From the NCBI GenBank assembly GCA_964203855.1, contig CAXNNT010000002.1, forward strand, positions 163,844 to 227,843: a DNA stretch of 64,000 nucleotides, read 5' to 3'. The stretch comes from Candidatus Planktophila sp. (GTDB taxonomy: Bacteria; Actinomycetota; Actinomycetes; Nanopelagicales; Nanopelagicaceae). A program made the position numbers and the translations under genes. Each line of letters starts with the position of its first letter. Position 1 is the first letter of the stretch. Of this stretch, positions 31,034 through 43,664 are shown piece by piece. The notes under the pieces are model-generated. The model searched no databases. It was not told the origin of the DNA and was given only the letters and a program-made list of their open reading frames with translations.

Positions 31034-31762
31034 CTAGGCTATTTCAATCTCTGCGCAGGCTATCTTAGATAGAAATCTATCTACAAGTTCGAAGCCTCGC
31101 CTATTTGAATCAGGTTCAATCGCCTTTGTTTGAGCCCTTAATTCTTGGACTACGACACCTTCTGATTCAACTTCAACGCAGCCACCTTCCATGGCAAGCC
31201 ATAGATCTAAAACACGAGAATCTATCTCAGGATGAAATTGCAGACCTAAGGTGCGCCCGAAAGTAAAAGCTTGGGATGCAATTTCAGTTCGAGCAATTTC
31301 TTTTGCTTTTGCTGGCAATTGCCAACGATCCCAGTGATACTGAAACCAAGGTCCTTCTTCAATTAAAGAATGATCATCACTTTCAATCTGATACCAACCT
31401 AGTTCGGCTTGTGGCGCTCTAGCAACCGATCCCCCAAGAACTCGCGCCATTAATTGTCCGCCGAAACATATGCCAAGAATTGGGATTCCGGCGTTGTGCG
31501 CGGCCAATACTTTCTCCATCTCGGGCTTTAACCAATTACCAATTCGCTCGTCTTCCCATGCACCCCATGGCGCACCTAAAACCACTAGAACATCGAATGA
31601 CAATAAATCCGGCCACTCGACTGTGACATTGGGGGTTAGATAGTTTGCTTCGTCAACAATCAAAAAGCGGGTGATCTCAAAACCGCGTTCGGTAAATCGT
31701 TGCGCGATTGGTCCTGCTTCAGATGCGTGATCGTGCTCAATAAAAAGTGCGCGCTTGGACAT
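31034..31762 (-). CDS. Class I glutamine amidotransferase-like protein
   Basis: GICFGGQ nucleophile and QFHPE triad residues; no synthase domain. Confidence 0.88.
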   Translation of the reverse strand: MSKRALFIEHDHASEAGPIAQRFTERGFEITRFLIVDEANYLTPNVTVEWPDLLSFDVLVVLGAPWGAWEDERIGNWLKPEMEKVLAAHNAGIPILGICFGGQLMARVLGGSVARAPQAELGWYQIESDDHSLIEEGPWFQYHWDRWQLPAKAKEIARTEIASQAFTFGRTLGLQFHPEIDSRVLDLWLAMEGGCVEVESEGVVVQELRAQTKAIEPDSNRRGFELVDRFLSKIACAEIEIA

Positions 31763-31781
31763 TTATAAATTCTACTAAGGG

Positions 31782-32750
31782 CTACTTTTGGATGCGAATT
31801 GGATTTTGACCACGCGCAATTAACCGCTCAAAATGAACTTCGCGCTTATCGTTAAATGTTGCAGCTTCCTGTCCAGCCTTTTGCATAAAGGCAACCAGTT
31901 CCTCGCGAGCTACAAGGCCATCACCTGAAAGATCGTTGCGCTCAAAGACGTTCCAAGCACGCAGTACTGGAGCAACAACTTCATCAATGTGTTGTTGTAG
32001 ATCGTAAATTCCAGCCAGTGCGATCTGAACTGCCTTGCGTCCAAAGCCCGGCATATTGGCGCCAGGCATATCGAAGTTTCGTACGACGTCGCTTATTGCG
32101 CGCATGGCCGCGTTTGGTTCCATATCTAAGGCGGCAGAAAGTGTGTTGCGATAGAAAAGCATATGTAGATTTTCATCAAGTGCTACCCGTTGCATCATTG
32201 ATTCGGCAATCGGATCATCTGAAATCTTGCCAGTGTTGCGGTGTGAAATACGCGTTGCTAACTCTTGGAAAGAAACATATGCGATCGTATGCAGCATGTC
32301 GTTCTCATAAGGAGTTTGATAGCCAAGTGACATATGAGCCATGCGCAAATCTTCGAGTTCGTATGGATCAACGCCGCGAGTGGCCATCAAATAATCACGA
32401 ATAACAATTGAGTGACGAGCTTCTTCGGCCGTCCATCGTTCAATCCAATTACCCCAAGCGCCATCGCGTCCCATCGAGATTGCAATCTCGGTGTGGTAGC
32501 TCGGCAAGTTATCTTCGGTAAGTAGATTAAGAATTAGCGAATCTTGTGCAACTGGAGTCAGCCGAGAATCTTTTGCTTCCCAAGCATCACCATTTAGCGG
32601 TCCGGCGTAATCGCGACCTTCTGACCAGGGGACATATTCGTGCGGGTACCAGTTCTTCTGAACTGAAAGGTGACGTTCGAGTTCTACAGCAACAACAGGT
32701 TCTAGATCACGAATCAAACGTGCCTGAATTTTTGCTGACTCTTCGCTCAT
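31782..32750 (-). CDS. Soluble acyl-ACP desaturase (DesA1-like diiron protein)
   Basis: WYPHEYVPW, LLTEDNLPSYH, WTAEEARH, QELATRISH and DENLH motifs. Confidence 0.92.
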   Translation of the reverse strand: MSEESAKIQARLIRDLEPVVAVELERHLSVQKNWYPHEYVPWSEGRDYAGPLNGDAWEAKDSRLTPVAQDSLILNLLTEDNLPSYHTEIAISMGRDGAWGNWIERWTAEEARHSIVIRDYLMATRGVDPYELEDLRMAHMSLGYQTPYENDMLHTIAYVSFQELATRISHRNTGKISDDPIAESMMQRVALDENLHMLFYRNTLSAALDMEPNAAMRAISDVVRNFDMPGANMPGFGRKAVQIALAGIYDLQQHIDEVVAPVLRAWNVFERNDLSGDGLVAREELVAFMQKAGQEAATFNDKREVHFERLIARGQNPIRIQK

Positions 32751-32784
32751 AGGTGAACGCTACGCGAGAAAGTGAGGTTACTGA

Positions 32785-33471
32785 CTAGTTTAAATTCTTT
32801 TTAGCCCGTTCATTGGCCTGTAATTCGCGCCACTTTGCTATTTCTGCATGATTTCCACTTAATAAGATCTCAGGCACTGGTATACCGCGCCATTCTTGTG
32901 GCTTTGAATAATTTGGATACTCAAGATATCCATCAACGTTATGTGATTCCTCCGCTAGCGAATCAGGATTGCCAAGAACTCCTGGGATCAGTCTTGTTAT
33001 CGCTTCAATCATGACAAGGGATGCAACTTCTCCCCCACCAAGAACATAATCTCCAATAGAGACTTCATGGACACGAACATTTCTGGAAACGTAATCGGGC
33101 GTTGAATAATGCTGACGCACTCGGTCATCAATTCCTTCATAGCGACCACAGGCAAAAACTAAATGCGATTTTGAGGCAAATTCAGCTGCCATCGCTTGGT
33201 TAAATCTTTTTCCGGCAGGAGTTAAGACAATTAGATCTGTATCTTCGACCATCAGTGGATCTAGGGCCTTGCCCCAAATTTCGGCGAGCATGACCATGCC
33301 CGCACCGCCACCGTACGGAGTGTCATCTACTGTGTTGTGGTTATCCGTGGAAAAAGTGCGCAGATCATGAACTTGTATATCTACTAGACCCTTATTTTGT
33401 GCTTTACCCAAAAGTGAAAGTTGAGCTGGCGCAAAATATTCTGGAAAAATTGTGATCGCATCAATCTTCAT
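32785..33471 (-). CDS. trmD: tRNA (guanine-N1)-methyltransferase
   Basis: [20 protein letters not shown] and SIGDYVL motifs. Confidence 0.97.
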   Translation of the reverse strand: MKIDAITIFPEYFAPAQLSLLGKAQNKGLVDIQVHDLRTFSTDNHNTVDDTPYGGGAGMVMLAEIWGKALDPLMVEDTDLIVLTPAGKRFNQAMAAEFASKSHLVFACGRYEGIDDRVRQHYSTPDYVSRNVRVHEVSIGDYVLGGGEVASLVMIEAITRLIPGVLGNPDSLAEESHNVDGYLEYPNYSKPQEWRGIPVPEILLSGNHAEIAKWRELQANERAKKNLN

Positions 33472-33986
33472 TCGGCGCCCTGACCTTCATAAATTTCAGG
33501 TGGAATTACCGTCATGCGCTTGGCTTTAACATCAACGACCGGAACAAGTTGGCGCACAAATGGAATCAAGATTTCTCCAGAATCGGTCTTTATCGAGAGA
33601 ACATCTTGGCCAGGCAGGTTGAGCACTTCACTGACTTCACCCAATAAATCGCCATCAATTAAATAAGCCTGACATCCAACTAATTGCAGTACGTGATAGT
33701 CATCTTCATCTAAACCAGGCTCATCAATATCAACTTCTGAATAAAGAAGAACATCACGGAATTTTTCAATCGCGTTTCGATCTGATATTCCCTCGAATCC
33801 CAGCAACAAAATCCCATTGTGTACGCGCGCAGAAGCCACAGTTAAATCTCCGTGGCTATCTGTCTGGACTTTGGCACCGATGGCGAAACGTTCTTCTGCT
33901 AAATCGGTGCGGACTTCAATGGTCGCTTCACCGAGAATTCCGTGAGCACGACCAATGCGACCTACATTTAGGCGCATACCTGACAA
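33468..33986 (-). CDS. rimM: Ribosome maturation factor RimM
   Basis: [13 protein letters not shown] motif, PRC barrel, operon position. Confidence 0.95.
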   Translation of the reverse strand: MSGMRLNVGRIGRAHGILGEATIEVRTDLAEERFAIGAKVQTDSHGDLTVASARVHNGILLLGFEGISDRNAIEKFRDVLLYSEVDIDEPGLDEDDYHVLQLVGCQAYLIDGDLLGEVSEVLNLPGQDVLSIKTDSGEILIPFVRQLVPVVDVKAKRMTVIPPEIYEGQGAE

Positions 33987-33991
33987 GAGAG

Positions 33992-34231
33992 TTAACGAGC
34001 CTCGTCGGTATCGATGAGATCAACGCGAACAGTGCGACCTGCAATAGCGCTTACGACTGTGCGAAGCGCCTTTGCAGTACGACCATTGCGTCCAATTACC
34101 TTGCCGATATCTTCAGGATTAACACGAACTTCTAGAGTTGTGCCGCGACGGTGAGTCTTTTCCTTGACGATGACATCTTCAGGATTATCAACGATTCCTT
34201 TAACGAGGTGCTCGAGAGCTTCGTCCATCAT
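33992..34231 (-). CDS. khpA: KH-domain RNA-binding protein
   Basis: DIGKVIGRNGRT motif; between rpsP and rimM. Confidence 0.93.
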   Translation of the reverse strand: MMDEALEHLVKGIVDNPEDVIVKEKTHRRGTTLEVRVNPEDIGKVIGRNGRTAKALRTVVSAIAGRTVRVDLIDTDEAR

Positions 34232-34233
34232 TG

Positions 34234-34807
34234 TTATTCAGCAGCCGCTTCTGTTGCTTCAACCACAGCTTCTGCAGTCACTGGCTCAGCTGGAACCTCT
34301 GCCACGACATCGGTCGCAGTTGGTTCGGACACAGCTGGAACCTCTGCCACAACTTCGTTCTGCAGTTGGTTCGGACGCTTCAGATACCGGAGCAGGATTA
34401 GCCTTTGCAGCTAACTTCTCTTGCGCCTTCTTCTTCATTGTTGTTGCGCCTTCTTTTGGCTCATCGTTAGCGGCCTTAACAGCGGCTTCGTATGCAATGC
34501 TCTTTGCAGGCTTTGGAGTTGCGAATCGAAGTGTTCCTTCAGTTCCAGGAAGACCCTTAAATTTTTGCCAGTCGCCAGTGACCTTAAAGATCGCCTCTAC
34601 GGCAGCTGTTGGTTGTGCACCGACTCCGAGCCAATATTGTGCGCGGTCTGAGTTAACTTCCATGATTGAAGGCTCTTGACCTGGAACGTAACGACCAATT
34701 TCTTCAATTGAAAGTCCGTTACGTGCTTTACGTGAATCTGTTACGACGATGCGGAAAAATGGTGTGCGGATCTTTCCCATGCGCATTAAGCGAATTTTTG
34801 TAGACAA
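34234..34807 (-). CDS. rpsP: 30S ribosomal protein S16 with acidic Ala/Glu/Pro/Val tail (apparent frameshift near 34355)
   Basis: TTG start after AGGAG; KIRLMRMGK and GAQPT motifs; tail resumes in another frame to TAA at 34234. Confidence 0.93.
34287..34376. repeat. Imperfect ~45-bp tandem repeat in the rpsP tail
   Basis: cagctggaacctctgccac and gcagttggttcggac each occur twice. Confidence 0.8.
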
Positions 34808-34964
34808 AGAAGTAGTGCTCCTAAAAAGTGTGCCGGATTTCGATGAGTGCAGCGGGGTGCGCACTTACAAAGTCCAACTTTGGATATGGATGTTGTGGGG
34901 GTAGAGGGCCCCTCAACAGGAGGCTAATCTTGCCATTAACGCCTGTAGATGCGAAATCCGGGCG

Positions 34965-36434
34965 CTATCCCTGCTCCTGCGCGGCACGTTTAGCAGGGTT
35001 GCCAGATTTGGACTTCTTCTTCGCTGGTTGTTGCCCTTTTTGACCGCCGTGTTGATGACCACCAATTCCGGCGCCCATTCCAGCAGGAATTCCCAGTCCC
35101 TGCGCCATCGCTGGCGGCATGCCACCACCTTTACGCATTTGGCGCATCATCTTTTGGGCAGCAGTGAATTTATCAACCAGAGAATTTACATCTTGAACTT
35201 TGCGACCGGCGCCGAGTGCAATACGCGCACGTCGTGAACCATTTAAGACCTTGGGATCTTCACGTTCAAGTGGCGTCATAGATTGCACAATAGATTTAGT
35301 GCGGACAATTTCGGATTCATCAAAGTTTTCAATCTGCTTTTTCATAGCACCAGCACCAGGCAGCATTCCTAAGAGTTTGGACATCGAACCCATTTTCGAC
35401 ATTGCCTCTAGCTGCTCTAGAAAATCTGTAAGGGTGAAGTCATCACCACGTGCGAACTTCTCTTCTAGTTTTGCTGATGTATCACCATCAAATGCCTTCT
35501 TCGCTTGTTCAGCAAGTGTTGCGACATCGCCCATACCTAGAATTCGAGATGCCATTCGATCTGGGTAGAAAATATCAAAATCGGTTAGTTTCTCACCGGT
35601 AGATGAGAACATTATTGGCTTGCCCGTTAATTTAGCGATCGAAAGCGCCGCTCCGCCTCTAGCATCACCGTCTAACTTGGTTAGTACAACACCATCAAAG
35701 CCCACACCATCTTCAAATGCCTTAGCGGTTCGAACCGCATCCTGCCCCATCATTGCATCTACTACAAAGAGGATTTCATCTGGCTTTACTGCGTTTCGGA
35801 TATCGATTGCTTGTTGCATTAACTCGGCATCGACTCCTAATCGACCAGCAGTATCGACAATAACCATGTTGTAAAGTTTGGATTTGGCATAGGCCAACGA
35901 TTGTTCGGCAACTTTTACGGGATTACCGACTCCGTTGCCTGGTTCTGGTGCAAAGACAGGAACGCCAACGCTTTCACCAACTATTTGTAATTGATTAACC
36001 GCATTCGGGCGTTGTAAATCAGATGCCACCAAAAGTGGAGTGTTTCCCTGATCCGCATAAAACTTTGCTAGCTTGCCGGCAAGTGTTGTCTTTCCAGCAC
36101 CTTGCAAACCCGCCAACATAATTACAGTTGGTGGATTCTTAGCAAAACGGACCCGACGTGCCGCTCCGCCAAGAATCTCAACCAGCTCAGCGCTAACAAT
36201 TTCGAAAATAGCTTGCGCTTGATTGGTGCCAGACTGCAAAGTCGGCAGCGCTGCTAAAGCTTTTGCCCTAATTGTTTCGATAAAAGGTTCGACGACCGTT
36301 AGAGCAACATCGGACTCAAGCAGCGCCGCTCTGATTTCAGAACACGTCGCATCAATATCTGAAGAAGTTATCTTGCCGCGAGAGCGCAAGGATGAAAATA
36401 CTCCAGTTAGCTTGGAAGATAGTGAATCAAACAT
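34965..36434 (-). CDS. ffh: Signal recognition particle protein
   Basis: GLQGAGKTT, DTAGR, TKLDGD motifs and M domain. Confidence 0.97.
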   Translation of the reverse strand: MFDSLSSKLTGVFSSLRSRGKITSSDIDATCSEIRAALLESDVALTVVEPFIETIRAKALAALPTLQSGTNQAQAIFEIVSAELVEILGGAARRVRFAKNPPTVIMLAGLQGAGKTTLAGKLAKFYADQGNTPLLVASDLQRPNAVNQLQIVGESVGVPVFAPEPGNGVGNPVKVAEQSLAYAKSKLYNMVIVDTAGRLGVDAELMQQAIDIRNAVKPDEILFVVDAMMGQDAVRTAKAFEDGVGFDGVVLTKLDGDARGGAALSIAKLTGKPIMFSSTGEKLTDFDIFYPDRMASRILGMGDVATLAEQAKKAFDGDTSAKLEEKFARGDDFTLTDFLEQLEAMSKMGSMSKLLGMLPGAGAMKKQIENFDESEIVRTKSIVQSMTPLEREDPKVLNGSRRARIALGAGRKVQDVNSLVDKFTAAQKMMRQMRKGGGMPPAMAQGLGIPAGMGAGIGGHQHGGQKGQQPAKKKSKSGNPAKRAAQEQG

Positions 36435-36487
36435 AGACGCTCATACTACGCCAGCGCAGCGCGAGGTCTTTCACGTATCACTCGCGG

Positions 36488-38127
<1,640 letters not shown>

Positions 38128-38194
38128 TAGTTTTCTTCCTTCACTTTATGCATGAAACCTCGCCGTTGAGATGGGGTAAAGATGCCGACCGCGA

Positions 38195-38263
38195 GTTACA
38201 GGGGTTCGATTTCTAGGTTAAGACGGGGTCACAAAATTGGCCTTAGTGTTACAACCTTGTTAC
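38195..38263 (-). promoter_or_regulatory. Candidate GlnR boxes upstream of amtB-glnK
   Basis: Minus strand GTAAC-n6-GTAAC (38263-38248), GTGAC-n6-TTAAC (38232-38217) and a further GTAAC (38199-38195); fits GTnAC-n6 / AC-n9-AC. Confidence 0.65.
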
Positions 38264-38276
38264 AAAAAGCCAGGGG

Positions 38277-39116
38277 CTAATCCGAAAGTAAGCCAGATAT
38301 ATATGCGGCGGCTTCAAATACCGCAAAATCGGTATCCCCTTCGCCAGTGCCGATAAATTTAATAGGGATATCCAAGGCGCTCTCAATTGCCAGGGCAACT
38401 CCACCTCGGGCACTGCCATCGAGCTTCGTAATGATTAATCCAGTTACAGCGACCGCTTCGGTAAATATCTTTGCCTGCGCGATTCCGTTCTGCCCGGTAG
38501 TCGCATCAATGACAAGCAATACTTCACTGACGACAAGTGTTTTCTCTACTACTCGTTTTACCTTTTCTAGTTCAGCCATTAAGTCACTCTTATTATGTAA
38601 GCGACCGGCAGTATCAATTAACAGGTAGTTTGCCTGCAAATCTTTTGCACGTGTAGCTGCATCAAATGCTACTGAAGCCGGTTCGGCGCTCTCCTTGCCA
38701 GAAATAACTTCAACACCGATACGGCCACCCCATGTTTGCAATTGATCAACCGCGGCGGCACGAAATGTGTCTGCAGCAGCCATAACTACAGAATTACCAG
38801 ATGACTTTAAATGCGATGCAAGTTTGGCAACTGAGGTTGTTTTTCCAGTGCCATTAACACCAACCACCATCACGACGGTGACTTCGCTGCTGGTGTTCAA
38901 ATCCCGTGGCTTGGAACTCAAGTGGCCATTTAAAATATGAGTTAACGATGTAATCGCATCGTCACCTTTTATGGATTTTGCGCTCTGGATTATTTGAGAT
39001 GTTAGAACTGGACCTAGATCAGCTGCGAGAAGTTCTGCTTCGAGTTCTTGCCAATCCAGCGGATCTGCAGTTGATTCACCTTTTAGCTTGGCGACAAACT
39101 TGCTGAAAATTCCCAC
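38277..39116 (-). CDS. ftsY: SRP receptor FtsY (minimal NG-only form)
   Basis: GVNGTGKTT, DTFRAAA, DTAGR and TKLDG motifs. Confidence 0.96.
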   Translation of the reverse strand: MGIFSKFVAKLKGESTADPLDWQELEAELLAADLGPVLTSQIIQSAKSIKGDDAITSLTHILNGHLSSKPRDLNTSSEVTVVMVVGVNGTGKTTSVAKLASHLKSSGNSVVMAAADTFRAAAVDQLQTWGGRIGVEVISGKESAEPASVAFDAATRAKDLQANYLLIDTAGRLHNKSDLMAELEKVKRVVEKTLVVSEVLLVIDATTGQNGIAQAKIFTEAVAVTGLIITKLDGSARGGVALAIESALDIPIKFIGTGEGDTDFAVFEAAAYISGLLSD

Positions 39117-39131
39117 AGAACACCGAGTTGA

Positions 39132-42100
39132 TTAAGCAGATTCAGAATCACGCAAGCGTTGCGAGATAACTTCAGTTACGCCATCACCGCGCATGGTTAC
39201 GCCATACAGAGCATCGGCTATCTCCATTGTGCGCTTTTGGTGAGTGATGATGATCAACTGTGAACTCTCGCGTAGCTCTTCAAAAATCACCAATAGTCGA
39301 CCGAGGTTTACATCATCGAGCGCTGCTTCAACTTCATCCAGTACATAGAAAGGACTTGGGCGCGCTTTAAATATTGCAACCAACATAGCAACCGCGGTTA
39401 GGGACTTTTCTCCACCAGATAGAAGTGAGAGACGTTTAATACGTTTTCCAGGTGGACGCGCTTCCACATCAACGCCCGTATTAAGCGGATCATCTGGATT
39501 GGTAAGTATTAATCGCCCATCGCCGCCCGGGAACAATCGCGCGAAGATATCTTCGAAGTGTTTAGCAGTCTCTGTATAGGCCTCCATAAATATCTGCTGA
39601 ACGCGATCATCTACTTCCTTGATGATGTCGAGCAGATCTTTCTTGGTGCGCTTTAAATCTTCTAGTTGTTCGGCTAAGAATTTCAGTCGTTCCTCGAGAG
39701 CGTTGTATTCCTCAAGAGCCAGCGGGTTAATCTTTCCAAGCAAAGTAAGCGAACGCTCGGTCGCAGCAAGTCTTTTCTCTTGCTGATCTCTGCGATACGG
39801 GATCAACTCAGTCGCGACAATTTCGCCTTCTTCAGTTTCAATAAATGTTGGAACATCATTTTGAGGTCCATATTCATTTACCAACGTTGCGGTATCGACG
39901 CCTAGCTCTTCTACACATTTAACTTCAAGGGCTTCGATTCGCATACGTTGTTCGGCGCGCGCGATTTCATCTTTATGTACTGAAGAAGTTAATTGCTCAA
40001 GCACGGTGGCAAGTTCGCGACCACGTGAGCGAACGGTAAGAGTTTCACCTTCGCGATCAGAACGCGATGCTTCTAAGCGAGCACGTTCTGTGGCCGCCTT
40101 TGCAATAGAGCGTTCGATATGAATCAACGCTTCATAAGCCGCCTCGGCAATTGCGGAAGAGATAAGGGCGCCACGTGCACGAGCCCCGCGACGCGATACC
40201 GCGCGCTCTGATGCCTCTCGCTCTGTATTTGCCGCATCCTCTAAAGTTTTTGCTCGAGCTGATATCGAATCAACTCGCTCTTCGCTAGTGCGAACTGCCA
40301 ATCTGGCTTCGACTTCTGAGGTGCGCGCAAGTGAAACTTGATTGCGTAAATTCTCAGCCACGGTGTGATCTGGTTCGGCAATATCACCGTGCTGTTGCAA
40401 TTGAGCAGATGCAATCGACAGCTCATTCTCGTCGCGACCTTTTGCCGAAGTTGCCTCAGCAATAGCCAGATTCAGACGCTCGACTTCAGCGGAAGCTGAT
40501 TTCATATTCTGGCCCGAGACGGCAAGTTGTTCAGTCAATGCTGCAATACGAGCATCAGATTCATTTAACTTTGAGAGCGCTACATCAAATAACCCTTGTT
40601 TTGAATCAACTTCGCCTTGAGCCGTAACGATCTCGAACTTTAAGCGATCACAAGTATGTGAGATTGTCTCGAGCTTTTTAGAAAGCTCTTGGACTAGCGC
40701 GTTGATTTCAATTAGTGATGTCGAAGATGCCGAACCACCGCGAGCACGTTTGGCGGTTATGACATCGCCGTCGCGAGTTACGACGGTTAGCGATGGGTTG
40801 GCGCGCAGGACGCTTTCAGCTTCGCGCGCACTTTCCACGACAACAGTTGTTGAAAGAAGGGAAATCAGTAGCTCAGAAATCTCACTGGAACGCACATGTG
40901 CAGTTAGTGGGGTAAGTCCTGCCGGTATGGATGCCGCGGAAGTAGATCCGGGTTCGTAAACCAAGACATCGGCTTGGCCTAAATTTTCACTACGCAAAGT
41001 TGTAAGCGCACTAACAGCTGAAGTTAAATCGCGAACGACGATGGCATCGGCTAATGAGCCAAGTGCGGCTGCAGTCGCTGCTTCCCATCCGTTGTCGACC
41101 TGAATGAGCGATGCAATAGACCCGAGTATTGAAAGCCCACGTGAATCTTTAATTAAAGCCGCACCACCATCGCGTGATTGCGAGGTGAGTTGCATCGCTT
41201 CTAACTTTGCTTCAATCGCATTACGTTCCCGATCTGCAGCGCGTTCGGCATCAATTAAGTTATTTACATTTAATTTCGCCAAGTCCAGCGTTTGTTTTGC
41301 GACTTCAAATTCAGAGTCCAGGCCAAGTTCACCCGCATCTGCTCCAGCAATATCCATTTCGAAAGTTGAATACTCGCGTTGCGCACTTTCTGCACGGGCT
41401 TGTGCTTCATCGCGCGCCTTTGTTAAACGGGCGATTTCTTCGGCAATGGCATCAAGGCGCGCAGCTAGTGATTTGATGTGGCCTTCTTGACGCGCAGTTC
41501 CTTCGCGTTGGTCGGCAATAGCTCTCATTGCGGCAGCAATTTTATCTTCTTCAGCCTTAAGCGATGCTTCGGCAGTTGCAAGTTCCTGTGTTGTTGTAGC
41601 CAGCACAATTCGAGAGTTTGCAACGCCGGCGCGAAGCTGTGCTTCTTCGTTGCGAAGTGCCGCAGCTTCTAGATCAAGTGCTTCTGGATCTCGGCCAGCG
41701 CTGCGTGCTTCTTCGGCTTCTTCAGCCAAGAATCGGGAACGCTCTTGAGCAAGTGATTGTGTGCCGCGAAATTTTTCACGCAACGCACTTAGTGAATAAA
41801 AATTCTCTTGCGCGGCAATTAGCAAGCGGACTTTCAAAGGCTGCTTGGGCATCGAGTGCTTCTTCGCGCAAGCGAATCTTTTCAACTTCATCTTCAACTT
41901 GCGAACGTCGCTCGCGTAGCGCTGTCTCGTCAGCTACTTCAGCGTCGAGAGTTTTGGAAAGTGTTATGTAGTCATCGGCAAGCAAACGCAATTTGGCATC
42001 GCGCAGGTCTGCTTGGATCGTGGCAGCTTTTTTTGCAACTTCTGCTTGCTTGCCAAGTGGGCGCAGTTGGCGACGTAGTTCGACAGTTAGATCCTGAACG

Positions 42101-42669
42101 CGCGCTAAATTGGCCTGCATCGAATCTAGTTTGCGAAGCGCCTTCTCTTTACGTTTGCGGTGCTTGAGTACGCCTGCTGCTTCTTCAATAAATCCACGAC
42201 GTTCTTCGGGCGTTGCCATCAAAATCGCATCGAGTTGGCCTTGACCAACGATGACGTGCATTTCGCGACCGATGCCTGAATCGCTGAGGAGTTCTTGGAT
42301 ATCTAGAAGGCGGGATGCTTCTCCGTTAATCTGATATTCACTTTGACCGTTACGAAAAAGAATTCTTGAAATAGTAACTTCGGTGTAATCAATCGGAAGT
42401 GCGCCATCAGTGTTATCAATTGTTAAGGAAACTTCTGCGCGTCCCAAAGGTGCGCGACCACTGGTTCCGGCGAAGATGACATCTTCCATTTTTCCGCCGC
42501 GAAGTGATTTGGCGCCTTGCTCACCCATAACCCAAGTGAGTGCATCGACCACGTTTGATTTTCCAGAGCCGTTAGGGCCGACGACGCAAGTGATACCTGG
42601 TTCTAGGTGAAGGGTCGTGGCTGAAGCGAAGGACTTAAAGCCCTTTAGCGTCATACTCTTTAAATACAC
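39132..42669 (-). CDS. smc: Chromosome segregation protein SMC (apparent frameshift near 41822)
   Basis: [14 protein letters not shown], coiled coils, LSGGE and LDEVEAALD motifs. Confidence 0.96.
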
Positions 42670-42723
42670 GGAGTAAACCTACCGTTTAGGTGAGGTGTTT
42701 ATGTACGCGACTCAAGTGAAGTA

Positions 42724-43413
42724 CTACTTGAGGGTTGCCAGAATTTCAAATGCCAAACGGGCCGCTGATTGTTCGGCTTCGCGTTTGCTCTTACCAACAC
42801 CTTCTGCAACCGCTTCCCCTGCAATAAGTGCCACTGCAGTAAAACTCTTATCGTGATCAGGTCCTTCTTCAGTTACTTGATATTCAAGGGTGCCTTTACC
42901 GAGGGATGAAACTAATTCTTGCAGCGCTGTTTTTCCATCAAGACCTGCACCCTTTGCCATGGCGCTTTCTAAAGTCTCATTAATTAGTGCGCGAACAACT
43001 GTTGTAGTACTGGCAAATCCGAGCTCGAGATAAACCGCACCAATTAGCGCTTCTAACGCATCGGCCAAGAGTGAATTTTTATCGCGGCCACCGGTTACTT
43101 CTTCACCTTTACCAAGGCGAATGTATTTGCCGAGATCTAGTGTGCGCGCAATATCTGCGAGCGCACGCATATTTACAATGCCTGAGCGCAGTGGTGATAA
43201 ACGTGATTCATCGAGATCTGGATAACGCAAATAAAGTTCTTCGGTAACAATTAATCCGAGAACTGAGTCACCTAAGAACTCAAGACGTTCGTTGGTTTCT
43301 TTGGCACCATTTTCATAAGCGAATGAACGATGCGTAAAAGCTAACTCAAGCAATTCGGGCGAAAGCGAGATCCCAAGTTGCGAAGTTAAAGAAGAGTACA
43401 GATCAGACCTCAA
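42724..43413 (-). CDS. rnc: Ribonuclease III
   Basis: THRS, NERLEFLGD, DALEA motifs and dsRBD. Confidence 0.97.
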   Translation of the reverse strand: MRSDLYSSLTSQLGISLSPELLELAFTHRSFAYENGAKETNERLEFLGDSVLGLIVTEELYLRYPDLDESRLSPLRSGIVNMRALADIARTLDLGKYIRLGKGEEVTGGRDKNSLLADALEALIGAVYLELGFASTTTVVRALINETLESAMAKGAGLDGKTALQELVSSLGKGTLEYQVTEEGPDHDKSFTAVALIAGEAVAEGVGKSKREAEQSAARLAFEILATLK

Positions 43414-43576
43414 GTACCTGACGGCGGTTATATGTTCCGCAAGTAGGGCAAGCTGTGTGTGTCAACTTTGGTTGCTGGCATTGTGGGCATGCTGCAAGTG
43501 ATGCTGCAGTTGTCTTCCACATGCTGCGGCGTGAGCGTGTCTTCGAGCGAGACATCTTTCGCTTTGGTACTGGCAC
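43403..43576 (-). CDS. rpmF: 50S ribosomal protein L32 (Zn-ribbon type; absent from ORF track)
   Basis: Manual translation MPVPKRKMSRSKTRSRRSMW...CPQC...HTACPTCGTYNRRQVLEV*. Confidence 0.95.
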   Translation of the reverse strand: MPVPKRKMSRSKTRSRRSMWKTTAASLAACPQCQQPKLTHTACPTCGTYNRRQVLEV

Positions 43577-43664
43577 GGTAATCGTCCTTAATCTCTGCTG
43601 ACCTCAGGCAATCTGTGCCCAGGCTTACTGCTAAATGGCTTCTTGCTAATGGAGGAAGTATCCC

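Noticed and set aside
34287-34376. rpsP tail repeat as a mobile or regulatory repeat
   Set aside because: It encodes the low-complexity acidic tail common in actinobacterial S16.
39132-42669. SMC-like defence system (Wadjet/Lamassu)
   Set aside because: Canonical full-length SMC in the conserved rnc-smc-ftsY context with no accessory defence genes.
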